Assembly (NCBI RefSeq): GCF_023055435.1
Contig: NW_025963879.1
Span: 558,001 to 622,000, forward strand
DNA: 64,000 nt
Source: Haliotis rufescens
Lineage: Eukaryota
Reading direction: 5' to 3'
Numbering within the stretch: position 1 is the stretch's first letter; the number at the start of each line of letters is the position of its first letter. Positions 1 to 11,100 of this stretch are shown here, piece after piece. Made by a program: the position numbers and the translations under genes. The notes under the pieces are model-generated. The model saw only the letters and a list, made by a program, of their open reading frames with translations, did not search any database and was not told where the DNA came from.

Positions 1-310
1 TACGACGTCAAAACCGTCGTGCATGGCAATATGCATGTGTCACAGTTCATAGTACATCTATTTCGAACAGACAAAACTCTTTAATTTACAGTGTCGATAA
101 AAGTCAATTTCGCACATTTGAAGGTTTTATTCCGTTTTTGATTCCTGCTATTTAATATTTGAAATTTCTGGATTACACGGTTGGTTTCCGATCATCGAAT
201 ACTTAATGCCGAGTACCAAGCAGGGTAACATCATGTATCATATTTTGGTATTACGCCGTCGGGTATCGAACCACTGACCTTTCGCTCTCTTGAGTGTTCT
301 AGAGTGATAC

Positions 311-585
311 GGGGGCACGGGTGGCCCAGTCGTCTAAGGCGCCGCGATTCGCTGTGCAGAGTTGCGTCCCTTGGTCACGCCAAAGACCTACGATTGTGGG
401 TTTGAATCCCGGTTCGCCCCGATTATGTTTCTAGGTTTGTCAGCACCTACCCGTGTTTGTAGTCCCTATCATGGGTTTCACAGAAGTGGTAAACGTCTGA
501 GACCTGCATCACGTCGGGCTTTCCTCCCACATTAAGCTGACACGCCGTGATATAACTGGAATACTGTTAAAAGCAGCGTGTCGCT
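311..585 (+). mobile_element. tRNA(Leu-like)-derived SINE, ~280 bp
   Basis: A-box-like TGGCCCAGTCGTCTAAGG and B-box GGTT(C/T)GAATCC. Same family at 12755, 13226, 30251 and 35879. Confidence 0.75.
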
Positions 586-751
586 CTAGATCGACACTAG
601 GATAATTACCAGTCCATTGTTTTTTTTCACCACGAACTGTGCTTATCACTGAGTTAAACTAATTCGTAGTTAAAAGCAATAAACACCTTGCTGAAAGAGT
701 CCATACAATTGCGACTAAACCATGAGCATGTGTTCTATAACCATTATCAAT

Positions 752-1298
752 TCAATTCAGTTCAATTCAATTCAATTTCTTTATTAACTCAAACAACCAG
801 CCGGTGATATATGAGCAACAATAATAACATACATATATACCCCCAATTTTTTTTTTAGACTAACCAGCCGTGACTTACAGAATCCGGTTGATTAAAAACT
901 ACAGAAAGACCACACCTGTTTAATAAGCTCTTAATGAATTCCATCCAGTTGTTTCTATTGTTATTAGTATTATTTATAGAATTTATGTATTTCAATATTA
1001 GGGTTGAAAATTTTATCACAGGTTGATAATTACTTATATGTTTCTGCCAAAACGAAATCATCCTCTTATATATGATTCTACTTATTTGAAATCTCCCAAA
1101 TTCACCAAACATCATATAACCTGGTGTTGAGTTTCTAAGATTGAAGGCATGTTTAATGAATTTCAAATGTACTCTTTCCAATACTGAATGATTTTCGTCT
1201 CAAGTTTCACAACCATAGGTTAGAATAGGCAAGATTAGAACATCAAAGGCTTTGAGAAGACAATCAACAGGTAATTTAAATTCTGTGCTCTTTTTAAT
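752..1298 (-). mobile_element. 5'-truncated L2/CR1-group (Crack/Daphne-like) LINE fragment with (TTGAA)n tail; second copy ~13203-14325 interrupted by SINEs and the gap
   Basis: Translates to ...LILPILTYGCE...LERVHLKFIKHAFNLRNSTPGYMMFGEFGR, which resembles the post-RT region of these LINEs. Absent from intron 1 of A1. Confidence 0.65.
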
Positions 1299-1455
1299 AA
1301 ACAGTGATAATACCAAGTGTTCGCGAAAAGAAACTATTGATCTGGCATGAGCGTCTGTTTGGGGTGAATAATCAGTTGGCTTTAGCCGTTACTTTGTTAT
1401 ACAAGATTCGTGAATTGTATGTAATAATATATGTATAACCGCACTGATTACTTAC

Positions 1456-1669
1456 AATATCGAGCCCATCCACAGTTGTTGTTACCGTTACGGCAGCAGT
1501 CTCCCGAGTAGTCGACGTAGCTGTAGCGGGGCCTGAAGTGTCGCAGTGTAGATTGACTTTCAGCCTTTAAAGCACTTTCATAATTCTCTGTCTGATACTT
1601 AATGGAGAGATATTCGCAACTCACCATCACTGCCAGTGATAGGCAGACTAGTATGGGAAGGCAATTCAT
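1456..1669 (-). CDS. Subfamily A paralog A3, exon 1 only (signal peptide, propeptide, start of Cys/Tyr domain); exons 2-7 would lie beyond the left window edge
   Basis: ATG at 1669 and GTAAGT donor after 1456 (214 nt, phase 1). Near-identical to exon 1 of the complete copies at 14696 and 26741. Positions 1-1455 match intron 1 of those copies. Confidence 0.85.
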
Positions 1670-1725
1670 TCTGCTGTGTGTGGAGCTGTCAAGGCTCTGG
1701 CGTTCAAACAGGAGGGAGACGGGGT

Positions 1726-1732
1726 ATTTATA
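1726..1732 (-). promoter_or_regulatory. TATA box of A3
   Basis: TATAAAT on the minus strand, 57 nt upstream of the ATG; same position in all three A copies. Confidence 0.65.
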
Positions 1733-2829
1733 CTGAGATGGATTTCGGTGGAAGATCTGCCATGGGATTTTGTTCTACTTAAACAGTGGTTCAAATACCA
1801 CAGGGTTTGTTTTCGATGTTGAACCAGCTGTTGTCGAAGTACATATCATAGAATATACCAATGTTTGTCATACAGAGATGGACGTTACAGGTGTGTTTCC
1901 ACTCTAGATACGACACCTAGAAAATTTCCTACAGCACAAGTAGGGATGCTTAATCATGCATTTCAAGGTTCGAAACATTTAGGAAACTTGTGGGCAAAAA
2001 TAGTATTTGTTTTATATAATTGAAATTTGAAAGAACTTTTGTTAAATTTGATTATGTGTATTTAACCATCACTTATTCCTGTAACCGTCTTTAAAAAGTA
2101 ATCTGTGGGTGGGTAATTTTGTGTTAAAATAATTTGGTTCAATGAAGACTAATGTGTAAGAAATGAATTTGTACTCACTTGACCTCTACAATGTTTGAAA
2201 TGTAAATTTGTGCCGAAAGAATGCAAATTTATTGAGTTTCAAAGATGTCTAAGATACCCATCAGTAGTTTTGTATTATGGAATGTTTCAAAATGTTTTTT
2301 AACAGTTTTAAATCAAATTATATTTTGAAAAAACCACGTACAATTATTCTTTGAGTGCTGACTAAGCGCCAGTTCATTTCTTTTGGATGAAATATCGCTA
2401 ACTTAACATATTTTCAATTGAAAATTAAACATATTATAAAGTCAAGTGAGAGGTATTATTGCTTTTGCGCCTCAGGTTTATGTACGTTACTATAAATAGT
2501 CGTGAGACATTTGCAATTATTCTCTTTTTGAATATAAAAAAAGACCATAACACCATGTGTCGGTCTTGCAATTAGCTGATTTCAATGATGCGACTTAAAA
2601 CACCTATCTTTTTTCGCACTACAATTATAACCGACGATACCAGCTCTGAACGTATCTGTGTTGAAGATTACGAGCCATAATGCTTTAATTGCTGTGTTTG
2701 TCTATGTTGGGATCCGGGGTAGAATGTGTCGTAAAACCATACTCACTCACTCACTTGGTTTGGATTTTTTCGTTTTCTTTCTTTTCTTGAATTTTGAGAA
2801 ATTTTGAGAAATTTCAAATTTAACATAGC

Positions 2830-5104
2830 CTCGAGTCTGATGCCCAGAAGGCGGTTGCTCACGGGCGAATCTAGTACGTTACACTGCTGGAATATATCTA
2901 TCCTGTAACCTCTTGGTGTTAGTCTGCTAGAGATCCACTGACATTTAACATCCCCGGTAAAGGCGCTCCGTGGGTCGGTAAATATGATTGTTGAAACATA
3001 TTCTTATTACAATGGCACCTTAAACAAATTTTAAAAAGTACTGATTCAGAAAGTGAACTTTTCCGATGATGAAACACTTGCCCGCTTGTGATATTCTGAG
3101 AAAGACACTTGGCTCAAGTCCATTGTGCTTGAGGCCACTGAAGAACACAAATTAACATCATATTTACCCTTTCTACTAGAAAAAAAAGCAACAAAAATTA
3201 AAGCAGGGAATGTCTGATGTTACAAAACTGAAGTGTGGCGCGTGTGGAACGCAAAACTCATAAACAATCTGCTACCCTTTTTGAATGAACTACACGAGTA
3301 TCATGTTTTGTTAGTTTGCTCCGGTTATAACACGGGTGGATCACTTACCACAAGAATATTGTGAATATGCGACCAAACAAAGAAATTATTATCATTATGT
3401 CTAAAACTGATTGTAAAGTAATTAAACGTTTTGCTATATTTTATATCTGTCAAGCGATGGCACTTCGTAGTACATTATTGTCAGAACAATAAGATCTGTG
3501 TACACCACGTCCATTGTAATACAAATGTAACTATGGACCGATGGCCTACACCTACGAAATAAACCGAATTGAATTGAATGAACAAAACCGGCAGATATCA
3601 AGATCGAAAGTTATGCTCATAAATCACTCAACTTCAATAAGGGGATCATCCGTGATCGTGCTCGTAGTTTAAATGACCTCTCAGTTGATGAAATTGTTTC
3701 TGAGCTAAGAGATCAAGGTGTTATTGAAGCAAAACGTTTCACGTTTAAGGAAGATGGGAACATTTTACCTTCCAACACTTATCTCTTGATCACGTTTGCT
3801 TCACCTAACCTTCCAGGTAGGTTGCTTTGCTATGAGGATTGAGAAGTAAGGAAATGATTTATGGATGAACAACTCAGTACTCAGTACTGCATTTTCTAAA
3901 TGCCTCTCAAAGAAGTTATGAGGATTGATTTGTGAAAATCATGTCCTAGCCACTGCTTCAAATGCCAACAGTTTGGTCATGCTCAAAATTGAAGTAGAAA
4001 TGAAGGCTTTGCTTGTTGTGCTACCCTCAAATGTTCTCACTGCACAGAAGCACACATGGCATCTTCCCCTGAGCGTCCTGTGTTCGAATTTGAGTCGGCT
4101 GTGTAAGGGGTTAAGTCTGAGCAAACTATTGGCTACGTTGATGCACGAAAGAAAGTTCCTGCTAATTCCTCTGCAGGACCAACTAAAATATCTCATGTCA
4201 CTGCCCTAAAACCCACCAAAAGTTACATACATGGCCACACTTCTGAAAAGAAAGTGGGTAGAGGTAGATCACCTGTTCACCCTCCATGAATAAAAATATC
4301 ATACAATGTAACTGTCGAGGAATTAAAGCTAATTTTGAAGAAATGAACCTTCTAGCCGAAGATAAGAACCACGTGGCGTTTAGTCTCCAGGAAACACGAG
4401 AGGGTCAGCTATTTGATTTACATCAGTAGGATACATATAGTTCGTTTGTAAGACTTTCTTATGGTAAGGCGTATGGTGGCAAACATATACCAGTAAAACA
4501 GGGATCTCCTCAAAGCCCTATTGCACTAAATACCTTCAGGCTGTTGCAGTGCGTATAACTTTGTATATTACAACAATAACTCTGTGTTCCTTATATATAC
4601 ATCCATCATCTGCTCAGGGATCTGGATAATCTCATTGACCAGCATCCCAAACCGTCTTTGATTATGGGAGACTTGAATGGTCACAAATCGTATTGGGTTC
4701 GTCCGACCATAATGATATAGGAAATGTGACAAAAGAATTACTTGATAAGCATAGTTTATGCCTTCCTAATGATGGAAGTTACACATACTTCAATCCAGGA
4801 TTTTGTTCTCAGCGTTGGATTTACCCATTTCTGACACTTTTTTATGACCTTTTTTTCAGTTCATGGTCAGTTCATGGTGATTTGTGCCGCACTGATCACT
4901 TTCCTACCGTACCTAAAGCTATATCTCCCTTTGTGGATAGTTTCATTTACAAAAGCAATTTTCCAAGGCAATGAGGCTGTCGTTTAGTTTCTTTTGCAGT
5001 ACTAAATTAAGGCTAATCATTTTATGAATGATCATGACCTTCTTAAACATTGCCACTGAAGCTATATCTAATACCTATACAACTCAACGTATCAGTACAC
5101 CATG
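2830..5104 (+). mobile_element. Decayed I/Nimb-like LINE (ORF1 gag-knuckle plus APE endonuclease remnant); copies ~15500-17460 and ~27850-30245
   Basis: Remnants: KGIIRDRARSLNDLSVDEIVSELRDQGV, CFKCQQFGH zinc knuckle, NIIQCNCRGI, LQET, IMGDLNGH, TDHFP. Many frameshifts. The 5' boundary is approximate. Confidence 0.75.
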
Positions 5105-5145
5105 ACTTCTTTCAGTGCCATTTAGAAGTTCTTTATTACAATTGG

Positions 5146-5185
5146 TGCGACGTTTCGGTGTAGATCCTAACACCTTTATCAAGCA
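5146..5185 (-). ncRNA. Minimal hammerhead ribozyme motif (PLE type), copy 1
   Basis: Minus strand: UGC UUGAUAA A GGUGU uaggaucu ACACC GAAACGUC GCA. This gives a U3-A8 core variant, 5-bp helix II, palindromic ACGU in place of helix III and a 3-bp helix I. Confidence 0.7.
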
Positions 5186-5221
5186 AGTGATGAAGTAAGA
5201 CCAGTTCTTTATTATAATTGG

Positions 5222-5261
5222 TGCGACGTTTCGGTGTAGATCCTAACACCTTTATCAAGCA
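5222..5261 (-). ncRNA. Minimal hammerhead ribozyme motif, copy 2
   Basis: Identical motif, 76 bp from copy 1. Confidence 0.7.
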
Positions 5262-8094
5262 AGTGATGGATAGTGCTAAACAACATAGGTATATATACTT
5301 ATTAACATCAATGTTTATACAGTTAATTGATTGATGGACACAGAGAGCTGATTAAGATAACTGGAAGCCAGTTGATGACTAATGAACACAGAGTCAGCAA
5401 GCAGACTGATAGAGATGATGGAAGCCAGTGGATTAATTGGACGGACATAGGGATTTAACAATAAGGTGATGGTAAGCAGGCGGGATGTAATAGCCTTGAT
5501 CTCTGTTCATTGCTGGCTGGATCCTTTTGATGTAGATGGCTTCTAGGAGTTTCCTGATTTTGTAGTCTGATTGATTGTTGGCCAGGATCTTGATGTTGTT
5601 CCACTGGATGTTGTGGTCGGGGTGGGTTTGGGTGTGGTCGGAGAAGGCTGATTTTGAGTCTTTTTTTTGTACTGAGGTCGTGTGTTCTTTTATTCTAATG
5701 GGTAGGGGCCTGGATGTTTCTCCTACATAGGAGTCGCCACAGTCACATTGTATGTGATATACGGCACCAGCTGGGTCTTCTTTCTTTGATGTAGGGGGCT
5801 TGCCATTGGCACTAAGGATGTTCTGGATTGTCCTGCCTCTCTGGAATACTGTATCAATGTTGGCGTGGTGTTTGAGCAGTCTGTGGATCTGGTGGCTGGC
5901 TGTTCCTATGTAGGGACGACGGATGACAAACGGGGCTGTCTGTTGTCGTGGAGGCCGCTCTCTGGGGCTGAGGATGCTGTTGATTGTTTGTTCAACTAGG
6001 CTGGTAGGATAATTGTTGAAGTTAGTGAAGACATGGCGGAGGTGGTTGAGTTCAGTTTGTAGGTGTTGTGGCGTGGAACAGATGTTGACGGCACGTCGGG
6101 CTAAGGTGGCGATAATTCCTCTTTTGATTTGTGGTGGATGGTTAGAGGAATTGTGCAGATACTGATCAGTATGGTATCACCCACTGGTAAATAAGATTCT
6201 AACGGATCTATTTGTACTGGCAAATAGTGCCAAAGTTGCACGGCTCTCTGTCATAAGAATTAAAACTGTTTATTCCAGAATCTCCAATATTAGCTCAATC
6301 TTCCCTACCGAGGTCAATGTAGAATTATATTGAATCCTAGAAGGGACATTGCCGTGTTAGTGCCCTCACAAAAACAAACTAAATGTGACAAAGCGAGACA
6401 TCTCGACATTTTGACCAAATGTCCCATCTGTTATGTTTATAAAGGCATTAAAATGTGCGACTATGCAAGTATTGATTAAATCGCATTGTGTCCCTTTTCT
6501 ATTAATATTGTACATGTATAATAAGTGAATATATCTACGCATGCACAGAAATGGTTATATTCCTTTACAAACTCCCGTGGTCTCCAATGATTCTAAAATA
6601 TAAGTACCGATGGCAATGTGGGTTACTTCCCTCGGAATGAAACCAAATCTCTCTTTTCGGGGTCGGTTTGAAATACCAACGTGTTTTGACAGCAAGAAAT
6701 AAACTCTTTTCTGTTTAATTAATTTTAGGTCTCCATTAACTAATCACATCGTTGAAGGAAGGGTACGGTTGTGCCAGTCATCCTGGGCGGTGTATTTGCT
6801 GTGCAGAGCTGTGTCAACTAGGCATAGGTTGGCATCCCAGCGCCTTTCCTGTGATTGTGGGTTTTACCAATGTGTTTAAATCTAAGATTTGCATCACTTC
6901 GGGCTCTCCTTCCGCATCAAGCTGTGCCGTGGTGATTTAATGATTGAACTCACTCAATCACACACTCTGTGCAGTGTTGCGTACCCTGAGCGTGACAGAA
7001 ACCTATATTGGATTTTGTTTTGAGACTGAATACTTTTTCAGTTACTGCTGCAAAACCAGAAGTATATCAAAACTATAAGCCTAAACTGTTGTTTTTGGTA
7101 AAAACCACCTTGGAACAATTTCTTTTCTTTCAAGTCTAAGGCATTAATACATTTTTTCAAGCATGTTTTGGGACAATCTATTTTTTTCGATGAAGTGTCT
7201 GAATTTAAACCCTTGACCTTATTTATCTATTGTTATACATCAGTCTTGGTTGGCATTGTGAAATAAGCAGTGCCACTATGCGCGAATGTGACAACACGAC
7301 AATGTAGTGCTAATAGCGAAAGTATGCAGTAATGAAAGAAAGGCGACGTGACGGGGCATGAGATCTGACTGGGCTGGTACTATAAAATCGACATATGGCC
7401 GACTGGAACAAACAGCCACACACGCGTACATGAAAGTCGCTACATTATTGTAATAATCCCTAATGACTTTTGAGTCTTGTCATATTTTGTCACATTGTGT
7501 TTTCTTGTAGATTTAAACAATAAAACGCGACATAAGAACTAAAATTGAGGTTTTGTATCTCGACGAATATATCAACTTCAATGATTAAATAGCTGTGCAG
7601 TGTTGCTTTCCAGCTTCCGTCCCTATTATAACCTTTGGTAGTCGTGGGTATTTCCAAAGTGGTGAAAGTCTGACTTGAGTCATTTTGGGGTTCGACATTA
7701 AAGGAAATCATCGAGTGATACTCATAGGCAAGAAGACATGAACTAAACACGTGAACTAAAAACGTCACAAAGGTATCTCCTTTCCGCATATGGCACCAAT
7801 GGTTTAAACTACCAGCTAAGACAGAGCGACGTCCATAGGGACGTATTATTTCATGATTGAGGACTATTTAACACGAAATTACTGTTGTTTATAAAATACA
7901 TTGAACTTATATAAATATCCTACCACCTAACGTTATGACTTTGACCGAATAAAGCATATTTTGTCAATTTGATCATTTCCAGTTTTTATTGCCAAAAGCT
8001 TTTGCTCTAGGAATCGTCAAAGTATACAAAGTATGCCATTGGATATACATGCACATAGTTACAATTACAACATGGTACTGTAAATGTTCAGCTG

Positions 8095-8100
8095 TTTATT
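8095..8100 (-). terminator. Polyadenylation signal AATAAA of A2 (equivalent site at 21827-21832 for A1)
   Basis: AATAAA on the minus strand ~40 nt after the stop codon; conserved in both complete A copies. Confidence 0.5.
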
Positions 8101-8138
8101 CAACATGGAATACCAGACAAATTGATAAAACAATATTT

Positions 8139-11100
8139 TTATCCGAGCTGGATTTGGTCCCTGCTTGTTGCAAGCACACGAACACTCGCTGCTTCAAGGT
8201 TGTAGAATCCTACAGCAGAACCGGCCGTGCAGTCTCCATTCTCGATCTGCCCAATAACCACCTGTTCTCCAGTCGTTAGGCTGCAAGATATTGGTCCACC
8301 GAAGTCGCCCTGGAAGTAAGGACACAACTAATTATGTATTAACGTTCAATTTTAATCATATTGCATCGCAGAGTTTGTTCGGACCTTTTTATTCAGGTCC
8401 TGGTATTCAGAATTGATTGGAACTTTACCTTTCGTGCCAATGCTTGTTATTGCAATTGAGTTCGTTGAAGCCTACTCTAACGCATTCATGGTCTTCTGGC
8501 ACAGAAGTGAGTGAGCGGGATGTCACCGATGTCACATATGAGGAAAGGTAAACAATAGACACAAATACAAATACACTACGCATTTAAAATAACAAATGAT
8601 CTTCCCAACCGCCCCTCCTCTTCGATGAGAATTAAAGGGTTTTAGGTGTAGAAGGTAGTAACGTTTCGAGATAGAGGCTTCACTATGAAACCATTTCAGC
8701 CTGGAAATAAGGAAACAATATACATACCGCACATGTAGAGCCACTGGGACTGATGAAGCAGTTATATGTGATGGCAGTGTTCGTGAAGTCAAAGACAGCG
8801 GAAGTGTCGGTGGCTGAAAGAAGTGCTTGACACGTGTCGGTTGGCTGCAGACTGGGGATATCCAGGTACTCGAAGGCAGGAGTTGAAGTTCCTGTGATGC
8901 AGAAGAGACGTGCGAGGTTGAGCATATGATATTCCAGGGTAGGTGGGATTGCAGGGTTGGGGAGATGAGATTGTTTAAAACAAATAATCACTTGGGAAAA
9001 TGAAGGGTTGTGGACTTGCAGATAGTTTGGGGCTCTTTCTTCCAGAGGTGAAGCTCTAACTTACGAAATATTTACCCGTGGGGCTAAAACAAGGAATCAG
9101 TATAATGTGCCTTATGAATCCATCTTAAACTGCGGCATTCTATCTCAGAGTGCTAGCACCACAACACTGGCATCAATCCGGACTGGTACAAACAGCCACA
9201 CGCACACGTGCATGCAAGTGAAATAATCTTGAACACGATGTTATACCCCATTTCACTTCACCCCACTGTCTAAAACTCCGAGATGGTATCTTGCATCATT
9301 GACGCCCACTTTTACACATGCGTCACTACGCATCTTCCACTCTTCTGAGATCGCTGCTCACCGGCATTATCAGAGAATCCTGCAGCAGCAACCTTGCAGG
9401 TATCCAGGAGGATGTCGCTTGCCATAGTGCTGGAATAGACACAGGCGATGCCGGGGCAGCTGTTTGACGTCACTGCTGTAGGTAAGGTCACTTCAACAGG
9501 GCCACCTACTCCTCCTGCGGTTGCTGAAATTTCCAAAGGTAAGGATACCTGTACATTGAGTTGATACAATCTGGAAATGCGGAACTACATATTTCTGTCC
9601 ATGGTAAGATAGGTAAGACGTACATTTTTAAACAAAATATTTGTTCCCCTTCTCCTAATTTCTACCTCAACATGTACAAAAGAACGAACCATCATGTATG
9701 TAAATACTCGGGAGATCAACAGCGTACTTGCGATAACTTATGTTCTTTTCATGTGAATAAAATGTGTAAACGAAAACCTAAACACACATCATTGTGAAGT
9801 GACCTGTATCTTACCTGTGATGCCTGTTGCGATAACGGTTCCATCCTGAGCCACAACACTACGAATAGAAAAATATACAGTTGAACTGGCTGCTTTTTCA
9901 GAATGTGTCCGAAACCAGATCAGAGCTGGGTGAAGGAAGGAAACTACCCGTGAGGACAATGTGACATTTTAGTGCTGTCTTTTCGTTGTGAGTGAGTGAG
10001 TTGGTAGTTAGAAGTTGGCTTCAGACATTGTACCCATGTTGGGAATCAAACCCTGTCTTTTAACCAGTAGGCTGTCCCACCATCCAATGGGGCTCGTCGA
10101 ACAAGGGTTCAATTACGACGACGCCTGTGGTGTTTGCATTTCAGTGATACATGTTGCACTTTTGGATTTATACATGTAAAAACACCTGACACATATTTGT
10201 GCTGTGACATACATGATCCTTAACTATAACTATAGGGACGAAATTGTAGAGCTTGAGAGGATCTTTTGGGAAGATCGACAATAACGATAGGTAATCAAGT
10301 ATTTGCAATGCAACATTGTCCATTTTGAAAAGTCCAAAATATTGAATATATATTATTGAACGTTCTATCCCTTTTGACAGCAATATGATCTGCAAGGTTC
10401 AGGAAAATTGTCAAATAAGCGAACCTAGCATGTGAAATGTCGTGCCTGCATCACAAGTGTAAAGTTAGTCGACTCCCCACTGATCTTGGTGCCTTAGGTT
10501 CACTACTTCCTTATCTCTTGGCGCAGATCAGGAGGATGCCACTGTGATTGCCCTTCTGGTTATCTGCGTAATGCTAAATGGTACAATTGAGCGGTATATT
10601 ATTACCAACAATTACACTAATAAAACACTACCTCCTATTAATAATAATATCTTAATAGTAATGAGTATCATATAGCCAGCTTACTCTGCTCCGTTTGCAA
10701 AAGCAGCACAGTTGCTGGGTATAGACAGGGTCGTGCCACTGGTGACGACTCCAGTGCATACAGTTGCTCCACCGATTTGGATGGCCACAAGCCCTGGGAA
10801 CTCATCGCATCCAGCGATAGCAAGGCCGTTCAGTAGCCTCGTGGTGGCGGTTGGGGCGGTTGAGGCCTCAGCTGGACAAACTGAAATTGTACACATAATA
10901 GTCAGTGAGTATGTTCTTGACGCCGCCATCAGCAATATTCCAGCTACACCCTGTCTGTAAATATTCAGGCACAGGAGTGGTTGATCTGATAAGCAGCATA
11001 AACCAGTGACTGAAAGCATGAACATCGATCCATATCATAACGATGGTCCGTAAGCAGCACATTAGGGTTACTGGAAACAATTCTACCCATGAATCTCCAC

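Larger units (their letters stand above)
5127..6175 (-). mobile_element. 5'-truncated Penelope-like element (RT thumb plus GIY-YIG endonuclease) with tandem terminal repeats
   Basis: Minus-strand translation gives HTDQYLHNSSNHPPQIKRGII...; GAVYHIQCDCGDSYVGETSRPLPIRIKEH; RKLLEAIYIKRIQP..NRDQG. 76-bp tandem repeats at the 3' end. Confidence 0.88.

Noticed and set aside
1448-1669. 73-aa ORF (and its copies, and the 80-105-aa ORFs over exon 1 of B) read as a stand-alone toxin- or defensin-like peptide gene
   Set aside because: The stop lies just past a strong GTAAG donor, and splicing continues in frame into exon 2 in all complete copies. An intron-retained short form cannot be excluded without RNA data.
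5127-5270. Direct repeats resembling a CRISPR array (also the 27-bp minisatellites)
   Set aside because: The context is eukaryotic, there are no unique spacers or cas genes, and the repeats are explained as PLE terminal repeats and minisatellites.
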